Source of the DNA: an uncultured Gammaproteobacteria bacterium
GTDB lineage: Bacteria > Patescibacteriota > Patescibacteriia > Patescibacteriales > UBA12465
Direction of reading: 5' to 3'
NCBI GenBank assembly: GCA_964408775.1
Contig: CAYPAP010000003.1
Location: forward strand, 1 to 45,614
Length of the DNA stretch: 45,614 bases
The notes beneath the pieces are model-generated. The model was given only the letters and a program-made list of their open reading frames with translations, ran no database searches and was not told the origin of the DNA. This document shows positions 20,451 through 30,615 of the stretch, in pieces (the stretch's first letter is position 1; each line of letters opens with the position of its first letter). The translations under genes were made by a program, and so were the position numbers.

Positions 20451-20972
20451 ATGGAAAACAAAAATTGGCACCAAAAACTAATTGAGGTTATCAAAAAAAG
20501 AGATAGTCGTTTTTGGCTGATGATTTTTGTAGTTGTTTCCACCCTGTCTGTTTTAGTCGTCTGGGTTATGGATGTTAGGAATGTTTTTTCGGGAGACAAC
20601 TCCTGGGATGAAGAACTTAGTCTTATTAAGTCAGATGCGAGTAATAAGCAACTCGAGCAGGATTTAGTAGACTTGTCTAGCTTCTTGGATAATATTATTT
20701 TAGAAGATCAACCTAGCCCGACAAATATTTCAGAGTCATCCGAGGTTGAAAATTCAAACAGCAATGATTTAGACAAGATAATAGAGGCAGTAAATTTAAA
20801 ATTATCTGAACAGGGAGACGAGAATATGATTGTTTCTAATATTAATGACTCTCAATCGGAAAATAACTCCTCCTCTGACCCAATTTTATCATTGGAGTTG
20901 GATGAGAGCGATCAGAGTCTGTCAGAGCTAAGAAAGAGAATTGAAGAATTGGAAGAAAAATTAGAAGATTAG
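20451..20972 (+). CDS. Membrane-anchored acidic hypothetical protein
   Basis: One N-terminal hydrophobic helix, Ser/Asp/Glu-rich body; operonic spacing between ndk and gyrA. Confidence 0.75.
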   Translation: MENKNWHQKLIEVIKKRDSRFWLMIFVVVSTLSVLVVWVMDVRNVFSGDNSWDEELSLIKSDASNKQLEQDLVDLSSFLDNIILEDQPSPTNISESSEVENSNSNDLDKIIEAVNLKLSEQGDENMIVSNINDSQSENNSSSDPILSLELDESDQSLSELRKRIEELEEKLED

Positions 20973-20999
20973 TTTTTAATATATTTAATTTTATATAAA

Positions 21000-23567
21000 A
21001 TGAAAAAGACAGTTAAAAATAAAAAAGAAGCAGCAGATAATTCAGCTGAAAAAAATAATTCTAAAGAAAGTTCTAACGAAGAATCAACTTCGGTGGTAAA
21101 CGGCAATGGTCGTCGCCAAACAGAATATGGTTTAGTTCAGAATCAGTCTATTAGTGAAGAAATGAGCTCGTCTTACTTGGATTATGCTATGAGTGTTATA
21201 GTCTCACGCGCCCTGCCTGATGTCCGTGATGGTATGAAGCCAGTTCATCGTCGTATTTTGTACGCTATGTGGGATATTGGCTTAAAGGCTAACGCTAAAT
21301 TTCGTAAATCAGCTACAGTGGTGGGAGAAGTTTTAGGTAAATATCATCCTCATGGTGATAGTGCAGTTTATGATTCAATGGTTCGTATGGCGCAGGACTT
21401 TTCAATGCGTTATCCTTTGGTCCGGGGGCAGGGAAACTTTGGTTCTATGGATGGCGACTCCGCAGCCGCTATGAGATATACTGAAGCAAAATTGGCTAAT
21501 ATTAGCGAAGAATTATTATTTGACATTGATAAAAATACCGTTAATTTTATCCCTAACTACGACGGCTCCCAGAAAGAACCTCAGGTTTTACCAGCAAAAC
21601 TACCCAACCTCTTGTTAAATGGAGGAATGGGAATTGCTGTTGGTATGTCAACCAATATTCCCCCTCATAATTTAAAGGAATTAATCGGAGCCATTAACTT
21701 GTTAATAGAAAAACCAGAATCAACCGTCGAAGATTTAATGGAGCACGTTAAAGGCCCAGACTTCCCAACCGGTGGAATTATTTATGATAAAAAAGATATT
21801 TTGAATGCCTATGCTACTGGAAAAGGTGGAATAGTTTGTCGAGGTAAGGCTGACATTAAGGAGGATAAAAATGGTAGCTTTCAAATAATTATTACCGAAA
21901 TTCCTTTTCAGGTTAATAAGGCTACTTTAGTAGAAAAGATTGCTGATTTGGTTAAGGATAAAAAAATAGATGGAATCAAAGGTTTGCGTGATGAGTCTGA
22001 TAAGGACGGTGTTCGCATTGCCCTAGACCTTAAAAAAGATTCTTATCCTAAAAAAATATTAAATAGTTTGTATAAGCATACCCCTTTACAGGGAACTTTT
22101 CATGTTAATATGCTGGCCCTTATCGACGGAATTCAGCCCAAGGTTTTGACCTTAAAAATGGTTTTAGAGGAATATATTAAGCATCGCCAAGACGTCGTTT
22201 ATCGTCGCACTGAGTTTGAATTAAATAAGGCTAAGGATAGGGCTCATATTTTGGAGGGCTTGATGATTGCTTTGAAAAATATTGATGAAGTTATTAAAGT
22301 TATTAAGGCTTCCAAAGATAAGGATATTGCTAAAGAAAATTTAATCAAGAAGTTCAAATTATCCGAAAGACAGGCTGTGGCTATTTTGGAAATGAGATTA
22401 CAGAGCTTGGCCAACCTAGAGCGTATCAGAATTGAAGATGAACTAAAAGAAAAACTAAAATTAATTAAAGAATTAGAAGCCATTTTAGCCTCTAAGACTA
22501 AAATCAGAAATATTATTAAAACCGAGATCAATGATTTGGGCGAAAAATTTGGTGATGATAGACGGACTCAAGTGGTGGCTCATGGAGTCAAGAGCTTTAA
22601 CGTTGAGGATTTAATACCCAACGAAGAGGCTATGGTGATGATGACTCGTGATGGCTATATCAAGCGCATTGATCCTGACACCTTTAAGGTTCAGGCTCGC
22701 GGTGGTAAAGGTGTTATTGGTTTAACGACTAAGGAAGAGGATACTGTTGATTTTATGTTTATTACTCAGACCCACAATGACATTTTGTTTTTCACTACTA
22801 AGGGACGTGTTTTTCAGTTAAAAGCTCACGAGATTCCTCAAGCTTCTCGCACCGCTAAGGGAACCCCAATTGTCAATTTTTTACAGTTGATTGGCGGAGA
22901 GAAAGTAACCTCGATTCTGCCTTTAGACAAAATTGCCAGTTATAATTATTTATTTTTTGCGACTGAGAAGGGGTTGGTTAAAAAGGTGAAAATTAGTTCT
23001 TTTTCAAATGTTCGTCGCAGCGGCTTAATAGCTATTAAAATAAAAAATGATGATAGATTGATTTGGTGCAAACCAACTTCTGGCTCTGATAATATTAGTT
23101 TAATAACCACTAATGGCCAGGCTATTCGCTTTTCTGAGAAAGAGGTGCGTGATATGGGGCGCAATGCATCTGGTGTGCGAGGAATCAAATTAAAAAAAGA
23201 TGATATTGTTGTTGGGATGGGTGTTGTTGAGACTGATAAGAGTCAAAAAAGAAGTTATCAAATTCTTACAATTATGGACAAGGGCTATGGCAAGAGAACT
23301 GACTTGAATTTATATAAACTTCAGGGACGAGGTGGTAGTGGTATTCGTACCGCCAAGGTTGGTGATAAAACTGGTAAAATCGCTAATGCTTTTGTGATTA
23401 ATAAGGATATTATGGAGGGGCGTGATTTAATTATTATCTCTGATAAAGGTCAAGTTATACGTTTACCATATAAGTCAGTTAATGAATTGGGCCGTGATAC
23501 TCAGGGAGTCAGAATCATGCGCTTTAAAAACGAGGATGACAGCGTTTCTAGTGTTACTTATGTTTAG
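21000..23567 (+). CDS. gyrA: DNA gyrase subunit A
   Basis: [24 protein letters not shown], GyrA-box QARGGKG, C-terminal pinwheel repeats. Confidence 0.97.
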   Translation: MKKTVKNKKEAADNSAEKNNSKESSNEESTSVVNGNGRRQTEYGLVQNQSISEEMSSSYLDYAMSVIVSRALPDVRDGMKPVHRRILYAMWDIGLKANAKFRKSATVVGEVLGKYHPHGDSAVYDSMVRMAQDFSMRYPLVRGQGNFGSMDGDSAAAMRYTEAKLANISEELLFDIDKNTVNFIPNYDGSQKEPQVLPAKLPNLLLNGGMGIAVGMSTNIPPHNLKELIGAINLLIEKPESTVEDLMEHVKGPDFPTGGIIYDKKDILNAYATGKGGIVCRGKADIKEDKNGSFQIIITEIPFQVNKATLVEKIADLVKDKKIDGIKGLRDESDKDGVRIALDLKKDSYPKKILNSLYKHTPLQGTFHVNMLALIDGIQPKVLTLKMVLEEYIKHRQDVVYRRTEFELNKAKDRAHILEGLMIALKNIDEVIKVIKASKDKDIAKENLIKKFKLSERQAVAILEMRLQSLANLERIRIEDELKEKLKLIKELEAILASKTKIRNIIKTEINDLGEKFGDDRRTQVVAHGVKSFNVEDLIPNEEAMVMMTRDGYIKRIDPDTFKVQARGGKGVIGLTTKEEDTVDFMFITQTHNDILFFTTKGRVFQLKAHEIPQASRTAKGTPIVNFLQLIGGEKVTSILPLDKIASYNYLFFATEKGLVKKVKISSFSNVRRSGLIAIKIKNDDRLIWCKPTSGSDNISLITTNGQAIRFSEKEVRDMGRNASGVRGIKLKKDDIVVGMGVVETDKSQKRSYQILTIMDKGYGKRTDLNLYKLQGRGGSGIRTAKVGDKTGKIANAFVINKDIMEGRDLIIISDKGQVIRLPYKSVNELGRDTQGVRIMRFKNEDDSVSSVTYV

Positions 23568-23588
23568 TTTTTGAATTGTTTCAAAATA

Positions 23589-23622
23589 GTAAAAAGAGGT
23601 CTACGTTTAGGCCTCTTTTTAC
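23589..23622 (+). terminator. Intrinsic terminator after gyrA
   Basis: GTAAAAAGAGGTCTA-CGTT-TAGGCCTCTTTTTAC. Confidence 0.8.
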
Positions 23623-23728
23623 ATGGATTTTATAGAGCATTTTTTATCCGATCGATCTGATTATCACTTTATTTATAATATAATAAGTTTGTGATATAAT
23701 AAAAGCATAATTATTAACTCATAAAAAT

Positions 23729-24814
23729 ATGACTACAGCAGTAATTATTTTGTTAATTATACTAATCGCCTCAGTCGGTTTTTTGATTTATTTATTTTTC
23801 AAAAACGCTTCCGGTGGGAAATCCGATGAAAAATTATTGGTTTTAGCTGAAAAATTAAGCGAATTAAGTCGACAAAACGAAAACCTCCGCCAAGAGCTGG
23901 ATAGAAAATTAAGCGAAACTTATAAGGCTAGTCAAGAGAGCGCTCACAAATCTAGCCAATTAATCCAGGGAATTTCCAATCAATCATCCAAATTAATTTC
24001 CGAGATGACTGAGAAGTTAACTAAACTAGACGAGACTAATAAGCAGGTAATTAGTTTTTCTGAACAATTAAATAATCTAGAAAGAGTTTTAACCAACCAA
24101 AAAAAGCGAGGAAATTTGGGGGAGGCTGGTTTAAAGTTAGTTTTAGAAAATATTTTACCTCCGACAGCCTATACCTTGCAATATCAATTTAAGGGAGGAG
24201 ATATTGTTGATGCTGTAATTACCACCAAGGAGGGCCTAATCCCAGTTGATGCTAAATTTTCCTTAGATAATTATAATCGTATCTTAAACGAAAATGATGC
24301 TGATAAAAAAGCGATCTTAGAAAAAGAATTCAGAAATGATTTGAAAAAAAGAATTGATGAAACTTCCAAGTATATTCGAGTCAAGGAGGGGACTATGGAT
24401 TTTGCCCTAATGTTTATTCCGGCCGAAGCTATTTATTATGACTTATTAATTAATGAAGTTGGTGCTGTGAAGGTTAATACTCGGAGTTTAGTTGATTATG
24501 CCTTTGGTGAGAAGCGTGTTATTATTGTTTCTCCCACAACTTTTGCTGCTTATTTGCAGACAATTTTGCAGGGTTTGCGAGCCTTACAAATTGAAGAGGG
24601 AGCGAAAAATATTAGAAAAAATGTTGAGGCTCTGAGTCGACATTTGTTGAGTTATGATGATTTTATGAAAAAATTGGGTAACAGTATGTCCACCACAGTT
24701 AATCATTATAATAGTGCTTATAAGGAATTTAAAAAAATAGATAAAGACGTGGCCAAGATCACCGACAAAAAATCAGAAGTAGAAATTCTAGAGATAGACA
24801 GACCCAGAGGATAG
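23729..24814 (+). CDS. rmuC: DNA recombination protein RmuC
   Basis: N-terminal TM plus coiled coil, RGNLGE, VDAKF, FALMFIPAE, VSPTT. Confidence 0.92.
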   Translation: MTTAVIILLIILIASVGFLIYLFFKNASGGKSDEKLLVLAEKLSELSRQNENLRQELDRKLSETYKASQESAHKSSQLIQGISNQSSKLISEMTEKLTKLDETNKQVISFSEQLNNLERVLTNQKKRGNLGEAGLKLVLENILPPTAYTLQYQFKGGDIVDAVITTKEGLIPVDAKFSLDNYNRILNENDADKKAILEKEFRNDLKKRIDETSKYIRVKEGTMDFALMFIPAEAIYYDLLINEVGAVKVNTRSLVDYAFGEKRVIIVSPTTFAAYLQTILQGLRALQIEEGAKNIRKNVEALSRHLLSYDDFMKKLGNSMSTTVNHYNSAYKEFKKIDKDVAKITDKKSEVEILEIDRPRG

Positions 24815-24839
24815 GATCTTTAAGATTTTTAGGATCATT

Positions 24840-24869
24840 CCCGTTCAGCTCGCTTCGCTCGTGAACGGG
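24840..24869. repeat. GC-rich extragenic palindrome (REP-like)
   Basis: CCCGTTCA-GCTCGCTTCGCTCG-TGAACGGG, flanked by imperfect direct repeats GATCTTTRRGATTTTT. Confidence 0.7.
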
Positions 24870-24911
24870 CAAGAAGATCTTTGGGATTTTTTCTATAATG
24901 ATATATAAAAA

Positions 24912-25862
24912 ATGAACAACAGTGATAGCGAAAACTTAAGAGCAGAAATTTTTAAAACCATCATCTGGTTTGATTTATTTTCTCATCCTTTAACGGTTTA
25001 TGAAATTTTTAAATATGTAAATTATCCCTGCAAGCTAAATGACATAATTATAGAATTAGAAAACTCTTCAGATAAAATTAAACATAAAAATGGCTTTTAT
25101 TATTTAAATGGCCGAGAGGAAATTGTCGCAGAAAGGTTTAAGCGCTTAAATTACTTTAAGAAAAAAATAAAACGAGCTAAAATATTTAGTAAATTAATTA
25201 GTAAAATTCCTTCGGTCTTGGGTGTGGCTGTGTCTAATGTCATCGGCGATCATAATTTGAAAGAAAGTGGTGATATTGATTTTTTTATTATCACTAAATC
25301 TGGAAAAATCTGGTTAACTAGGTTTTTTTGCACTTTATCAGCTAAAATTTTACATCTTCGACCCAATAGTAAAACTAAAAAAGATAAAATTTGCCTAAGT
25401 TTCTACGTTAGTTCTGATAATTTGAATTTGGAGAAATATTTATTAAACCCTAATGACCTCTATTTTATTTATTGGTTTTCTGGGCTTGAGGTTGTTTATA
25501 GCTACAAAAATGTTTTTAATAAATTCTATCAAGAAAACAATTGGATAAAAAAATATTTACCAAATTTTTCAGAGTCGTTAATTTTTCATGGGGGCTTATC
25601 TGACGAGGAGAGTTCTTTGGACAATATTTCTAGCGATTCTCAGCTAAATATTTCCACTTCGCAGTCGAGTGTTACTTTCCCTGGTTTTTGTGAAAAAGTA
25701 TTTAAGAAAATTCAATTTAAAATTATGCCAAAAAAATTGAAAGATCAAGCTGGAAAGTCTTCGGGGGTTATTTTGGATGATAAAATTATAAAATTATTTT
25801 TAGAAGACAAGCGTCAATTTTTTATAGAAAAATATGAAGAAAATTTTAGAAAAAATAATTGA
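24912..25862 (+). CDS. Hypothetical protein with nucleotidyltransferase-like DxD motif
   Basis: SGDIDFFII resembles the Pol-beta superfamily signature; the preceding G-S motif is degenerate. Confidence 0.6.
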   Translation: MNNSDSENLRAEIFKTIIWFDLFSHPLTVYEIFKYVNYPCKLNDIIIELENSSDKIKHKNGFYYLNGREEIVAERFKRLNYFKKKIKRAKIFSKLISKIPSVLGVAVSNVIGDHNLKESGDIDFFIITKSGKIWLTRFFCTLSAKILHLRPNSKTKKDKICLSFYVSSDNLNLEKYLLNPNDLYFIYWFSGLEVVYSYKNVFNKFYQENNWIKKYLPNFSESLIFHGGLSDEESSLDNISSDSQLNISTSQSSVTFPGFCEKVFKKIQFKIMPKKLKDQAGKSSGVILDDKIIKLFLEDKRQFFIEKYEENFRKNN

Positions 25863-27174
25863 ATATTTGTTTTATTTCTTTGTTTTTATCTTTTTTTGGC
25901 AGACTAAGTTGATAATTAGGTCGGCTGAAACTAATTATAACGAAATCGCCCTGTATTTTAATTATCTATTATTACTTTTAATCTTAGTTTTGTTTATTTT
26001 CTATCTTTTTAAATATAAAAGTAAGGACTTTGCCGATAATTTTGATTTTTCTAGATATTGGGTGGCTTTAGCGGGGATGGAATTCTTTATTTTCTTATCA
26101 ATTTTTGTTTCTCAGGCGAGGGAGATTACTATTTTTAAATATATTTTATTTTTATTCGCTATTGGTTTACTGTTTTTAATAACTCAGTTCAAGTTCAATA
26201 TTAAAAAAATTATTTTAGTGCTATTGATGGCCCTTTTTATCCAAGCTCTTCTGGGAATATCCCAGTTTTTTAGTCAGGCCACTTTTTCCAGCGAGTATTT
26301 AGGAATAGCCAGTCATGATCCAGCTGTTTTAGGCGTTTCAGTTTTGGAAAACGAATCCGGTCGTTTTGTTAGAGCTTATGGAGCATTCGATCACCCTAAT
26401 ATTTTTGGAGCATTAATGTTTTTTGCTATATTCTTTGTGATTTTATTATTAATGGATTCTCGTTTTAGATTTAATAAATCTTGTTGCCAGTCAAAAAAGG
26501 AATCTGTGGGTAAGAGGCAACTTAATCTAGACTTTTGCAAGATTTTAATTTATTTATCTTTATTTGTTTTTATAGCAGCCTTAATAGTATCATTCTCTCG
26601 TAGCGCTCTTTTGGCTTTGGGACTATCATTGGTATTTTTACTTATAGTTTCGTTTTTTAATAAAAACAATTTTAAAAAATATTTACCTATTTTTATTTTT
26701 TGCCTAAGCTCAATAGTAATATTTTTTATAATTCTTCAGCCATTGGTAATGAATAGATTCAAGCTTGATTCTCGTTTAGAAAGAATATCTATAGATGAGA
26801 GGTCTGGCCAGCTGGGGGAGGCTAGGGAGGTTATCCGAAACAACCCTTTGTTGGGAGTCGGTTTGGGAGCGTATCACCAAGGACTTTTGAATAAAGATGC
26901 GACACTTAAGTCTTATCAGGCTCAACCAGTTCACAATGTTTTTTTACTGTCTTTAGCTGAGATTGGTTTATGGGGCTTTATTTTCTTCTTATTATTTATC
27001 TTTTATATCATTAAAAAAAACGCCCTTTCTTGGCATAATTACCCTCTATTTATTGGGCTTTTTGTCTTTATGGCCCTGGATCATTGGCTCTGGAGCCTTC
27101 CATTTGGCTTGCTTTTTATGTTTTTTATCTTTGGGTTGACATTTTATTTTAAATATGATAACATTGATGGTTAA
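25834..27174 (+). CDS. O-antigen ligase (Wzy_C) family membrane protein
   Basis: About 12 TM segments, RAYGAFDHPN, SFSRSA, PLLGVGLG, PVHNVFL...EIGLWG. Confidence 0.85.
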   Translation: MKKILEKIIEYLFYFFVFIFFWQTKLIIRSAETNYNEIALYFNYLLLLLILVLFIFYLFKYKSKDFADNFDFSRYWVALAGMEFFIFLSIFVSQAREITIFKYILFLFAIGLLFLITQFKFNIKKIILVLLMALFIQALLGISQFFSQATFSSEYLGIASHDPAVLGVSVLENESGRFVRAYGAFDHPNIFGALMFFAIFFVILLLMDSRFRFNKSCCQSKKESVGKRQLNLDFCKILIYLSLFVFIAALIVSFSRSALLALGLSLVFLLIVSFFNKNNFKKYLPIFIFCLSSIVIFFIILQPLVMNRFKLDSRLERISIDERSGQLGEAREVIRNNPLLGVGLGAYHQGLLNKDATLKSYQAQPVHNVFLLSLAEIGLWGFIFFLLFIFYIIKKNALSWHNYPLFIGLFVFMALDHWLWSLPFGLLFMFFIFGLTFYFKYDNIDG

Positions 27175-27213
27175 ATTGTAAATTAAAAACTAAATGATAA
27201 AAAAGGAGGTAAG

Positions 27214-28095
27214 ATGGAATTGAGAAAAGATTTGCGAGGTCGAGACATTAGGCGTATTTTTACGCATATTTCTCCTGATTTGGACGCCCTATCATCGGTT
27301 TGGTTTTTTATGCGATTCATCGCTAAAAAACAATTGGAGGTCAAGTTTGTTCCAGCTAGCTGGGACGGCCATGACATGGGACCGCATGATGTAGCCCTAG
27401 ATATTGATGCTGGGGGACTAGGATTTAAAGGTAAAAAAACCTTTAAGGGCCAGGTTCACTCCTGTTTCAAATCATTGGTAGATCAATATGCCGATAATGA
27501 GACTAGGTTTGCTCTAAAGTCCTTGGTTAAATTTATCGATCGTAGCGACACCTATGGTGGAGTTAATAAGGTTGGTGACTTTTCCAAAAACAAGGGATAT
27601 CAAATAACCTCTTTTATTGCTCTATCATTATCAATGAAGGCTTTCATGGCCGTCCATGAATCTGACCATGTTGTAATGAGTAGAATGATGGAGTTATTTG
27701 ATGGGATTTTCAAAATAAATAAAGAAAAGTTAAAAAATCAAAAAAATATTATGAAAAATTCCATTGTTGTTGGTAAAACAGTTATTTTGCCAGAAAGCAA
27801 CAATATCTCAGCCAGGAATTTAATCTTTGGAAAGGGGTACGAGGCCTTAATATATGTCAATGGCAATAATATTGGCCTGTTGACCAAGGGAGACCTAAGA
27901 GCTGATAGTCCCGAGGTTTTGCAAGTAATCGAAGATGCTGGTGAGAGTCGGGAATGGTTTTTTCATTCAGCTGGGTACCTAGCTGCTCGTGGGACCAGAA
28001 AGGACCCCAGGGAGACCGGTTCAAAAGTGGACCCCTACAAATTAGCTACCGCTATTGAAAACGCTCGAAAGAAAAAAGAAGAGAAAATAAAATAA
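27214..28095 (+). CDS. Hypothetical protein, weak DHH/MYG1-like N-terminus
   Basis: THISPDLDAL motif; strong SD AAGGAGGT and upstream TTGACA promoter inside the previous gene. Confidence 0.6.
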   Translation: MELRKDLRGRDIRRIFTHISPDLDALSSVWFFMRFIAKKQLEVKFVPASWDGHDMGPHDVALDIDAGGLGFKGKKTFKGQVHSCFKSLVDQYADNETRFALKSLVKFIDRSDTYGGVNKVGDFSKNKGYQITSFIALSLSMKAFMAVHESDHVVMSRMMELFDGIFKINKEKLKNQKNIMKNSIVVGKTVILPESNNISARNLIFGKGYEALIYVNGNNIGLLTKGDLRADSPEVLQVIEDAGESREWFFHSAGYLAARGTRKDPRETGSKVDPYKLATAIENARKKKEEKIK

Positions 28096-28145
28096 GAAAA
28101 GAAAATAAGAAAAGAAAATAAGAAAAGAAAAGAAAATAAGAAAAG
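28089..28145 (+). repeat. 13-bp tandem repeat starting at the stop codon
   Basis: AAAATAAGAAAAG four times with one 5-nt interruption. Confidence 0.85.
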
Positions 28146-28153
28146 AAAAAAAT

Positions 28154-28176
28154 AACCTGAGTAATCAGGTTTTTTT
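28154..28176 (+). terminator. Intrinsic terminator
   Basis: AACCTGA-GTAA-TCAGGTT followed by a T run. Confidence 0.8.
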
Positions 28177-28229
28177 AATTGAGGAAATTGTCTTGAGTTT
28201 TTTAAGGTGTTTATTTAAAATTTTTTTGA

Positions 28230-28457
28230 CTATTTTTTATTAATAATAAAATTTTCTTGTAAATATAATAAATCTTTTTTTAATCGCTCTAATATTTTTT
28301 TTAATTCTTTTTTGTTGTCCAAAATGTTGTCTTGACTCATTAATTCCATAATAGTTGCTAAGGTGCCGAAATAATCATTTTTCTGAACATGAAAATTAAC
28401 ACTTTTTTTGTCGTGTATCAAATAAAAACTAGGATTAATTTCATAATCTTTATTCAT
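28230..28457 (-). CDS. Small hypothetical protein downstream of radC
   Basis: 75-aa ORF with ATG start, 24 nt after the radC stop. Confidence 0.65.
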   Translation of the reverse strand: MNKDYEINPSFYLIHDKKSVNFHVQKNDYFGTLATIMELMSQDNILDNKKELKKILERLKKDLLYLQENFIINKK

Positions 28458-28481
28458 ATTTTAATTTTTAAAATAATTATT

Positions 28482-29198
28482 TTAAATGAGGCTAACAAAT
28501 TTGTTTTTAGAGATTATTAGGTGATCAAGTAATTCTATACCTAATAACTCCCCAGATTCTTGCAATTTTCTAGTTACTTCTAGGTCTTCGGCGGTGGCTT
28601 TTAATATCCCAGAAGGATGATTATGGGCCACTATGATAGCACTGGCTCCGTGTTCTATGGCTGGGCGAAAAACTTCGCGCGGATGAATAATACTAGCATC
28701 AATAGTTCCGATGGAGATAGTTTCGCTATGTATTAATTTGTAACGACTATTTAAATACAAACCGCGAAAACTTTCTTTACTTAGTTTGGCCATATCTTTT
28801 AAGTGTTCAAAAGCTTGTTTGGCATTACGAATAGTAATTGTGCCAGTTTTTTCTTCTTTAAAGAAACGTCGGCCTAATTCAAAGCAAGCCACAATTTGGC
28901 AAGATTTTACTAAGGGTAGTCCAAATTCCTTTTCTAGATTATTTGGATTTTTTTCATTGATAATTGCATTTTTGCCGTATTCTTTTAAAATCCGATGAGC
29001 CATATTTAGAACTTCTTCTTTTTTAGTGCCAGAGTTTAAAATTATAGCTAAAAGCTCGGCTGAGCTGAGGCTCTCTACGCCAGATTTAAGCATTTTTTCT
29101 CTAGGTTTATCATCTTCGGCTCGGTCTCTGACGGCGACGATATTGTATTTTTTATTGCGGTTGATTATTAGATTATGATCCTTGATTTTGTAGGCCAT
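28482..29198 (-). CDS. radC: RadC/UPF0758 JAB-domain protein
   Basis: KPREK, LSSAELLAIIL, IHPREVF, AHNHPSG, LLDHLII. Confidence 0.93.
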   Translation of the reverse strand: MAYKIKDHNLIINRNKKYNIVAVRDRAEDDKPREKMLKSGVESLSSAELLAIILNSGTKKEEVLNMAHRILKEYGKNAIINEKNPNNLEKEFGLPLVKSCQIVACFELGRRFFKEEKTGTITIRNAKQAFEHLKDMAKLSKESFRGLYLNSRYKLIHSETISIGTIDASIIHPREVFRPAIEHGASAIIVAHNHPSGILKATAEDLEVTRKLQESGELLGIELLDHLIISKNKFVSLI

Positions 29199-29328
29199 AT
29201 TTTTTATGTAAATTATTATATTTTAATTATAGCAAATATATGATAGAATTAAAATAAACTAATGTTTAAGTTAATCTAAAGCGGTAAAACTCAGGAAAAA
29301 CCTTGATTTTATTGTTTATTATTTTTTT

Positions 29329-30600
29329 ATGAAATTAAGCGAAATAAAGTTGAAAAATGGTCTGCCAATTTATTTAATAAAAATGCCCCAAGCCAAAACA
29401 GCCACTGTTTTGGTGATGTATAAGACGGGGTCTAAATATGAGGATAAAAAAACCTCGGGCTTATCTCATTTTTTAGAACACATGTTTTTTAAGGGGACAG
29501 AAAAGCGACCCGACACCCTAACTTTATCAGCCGAGCTAGATTCCATTGGAGCCGAGTTCAATGCTTTTACCGGAAAAGAATATACCGGCTATTATGTGAA
29601 GTCGCCAAAAAATAAAATTGAAGTAGCCTTGGATGTTTTGAGTGATATGTTGATAAACTCCAAATTTGACAGCGAAGAGATTGAGCGCGAGAAGGGAGTG
29701 ATTATTGAAGAATTAAATATGTACGAGGACAATCCTTTAATGCATATTGAGGATGTTTTTGAGAGTTGCTTGTATGGCGATACTCCAGCTGGCTGGGATA
29801 CTATTGGAAATAAGGAAAGTATTTTGAGTTTCAAAAGAGAAGATTTTATAAAATATTTTCAGACTCAGTACGGAGTTAAAAGTTCAGCTGTATTTTTAGC
29901 TGGGAATTTTTCTGATCGTGAAATCAAAAAATTATTAGAAGAAAAATTTGGTGGAATTTCTAAAAATAATTATCAGAAAAAGTTGTTAGTTGTTGAGAAG
30001 CAAAAAAAGCCGGCTTGTAAAATTAAAACTAAAAAAACCGATCAGATGACTTTGTCTTTAGGCTTTCGTTCTTTTCCGGCTAATGATAAAGATGAAATAA
30101 CCTTAAAATTATTATCAATAATTTTGGGAGGATCAATGAGCTCTCGTTTATTTATTGAACTTCGGGAGCGACGTGGTTTAGCCTATTTTGTTCGAGCTAG
30201 TAGTGAATTTTATAGCGATTGTGGTTATATTACCGTTTCAGCTGGCGTACCCAAGGAAAAGCTAGAAGAGTCTATAAAAGTAATTTTAAATGAATATCAG
30301 AAATTAAAAGACGAGCTAGTTTCTGTGAAGGAATTAAAGAGAGCCAAGGATTTATTAGCTGGAAAATTAATAGTTAGTATGGAGGGAACGGATGATTTTA
30401 CTACTTGGTATGGACGCCAATTCCCAATAAGAAGTAAATTTTCATCACCGGAAGAAATTATTAAAAAATTTAAAAAAGTTTCAGCCCTTGATATTCAGCG
30501 AGTAGCTAAAAAAATATTTATTAATTCTGGTTTAAATTTAGCGATTATTGGTAATATTAAAGACGATAAAAAAATTAATAATATTTTGAAAATTAAATAA
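29329..30600 (+). CDS. M16 family zinc peptidase
   Basis: HFLEH (HxxEH), NAFT, SSRLFIELRERRGLAY. Confidence 0.93.
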   Translation: MKLSEIKLKNGLPIYLIKMPQAKTATVLVMYKTGSKYEDKKTSGLSHFLEHMFFKGTEKRPDTLTLSAELDSIGAEFNAFTGKEYTGYYVKSPKNKIEVALDVLSDMLINSKFDSEEIEREKGVIIEELNMYEDNPLMHIEDVFESCLYGDTPAGWDTIGNKESILSFKREDFIKYFQTQYGVKSSAVFLAGNFSDREIKKLLEEKFGGISKNNYQKKLLVVEKQKKPACKIKTKKTDQMTLSLGFRSFPANDKDEITLKLLSIILGGSMSSRLFIELRERRGLAYFVRASSEFYSDCGYITVSAGVPKEKLEESIKVILNEYQKLKDELVSVKELKRAKDLLAGKLIVSMEGTDDFTTWYGRQFPIRSKFSSPEEIIKKFKKVSALDIQRVAKKIFINSGLNLAIIGNIKDDKKINNILKIK

Positions 30601-30615
30601 GCAAAAATAAATCTT

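Noticed and set aside
28482-29198. radC as a marker of a mobile element
   Set aside because: It is the full-length chromosomal form and has no neighbouring mobility genes.
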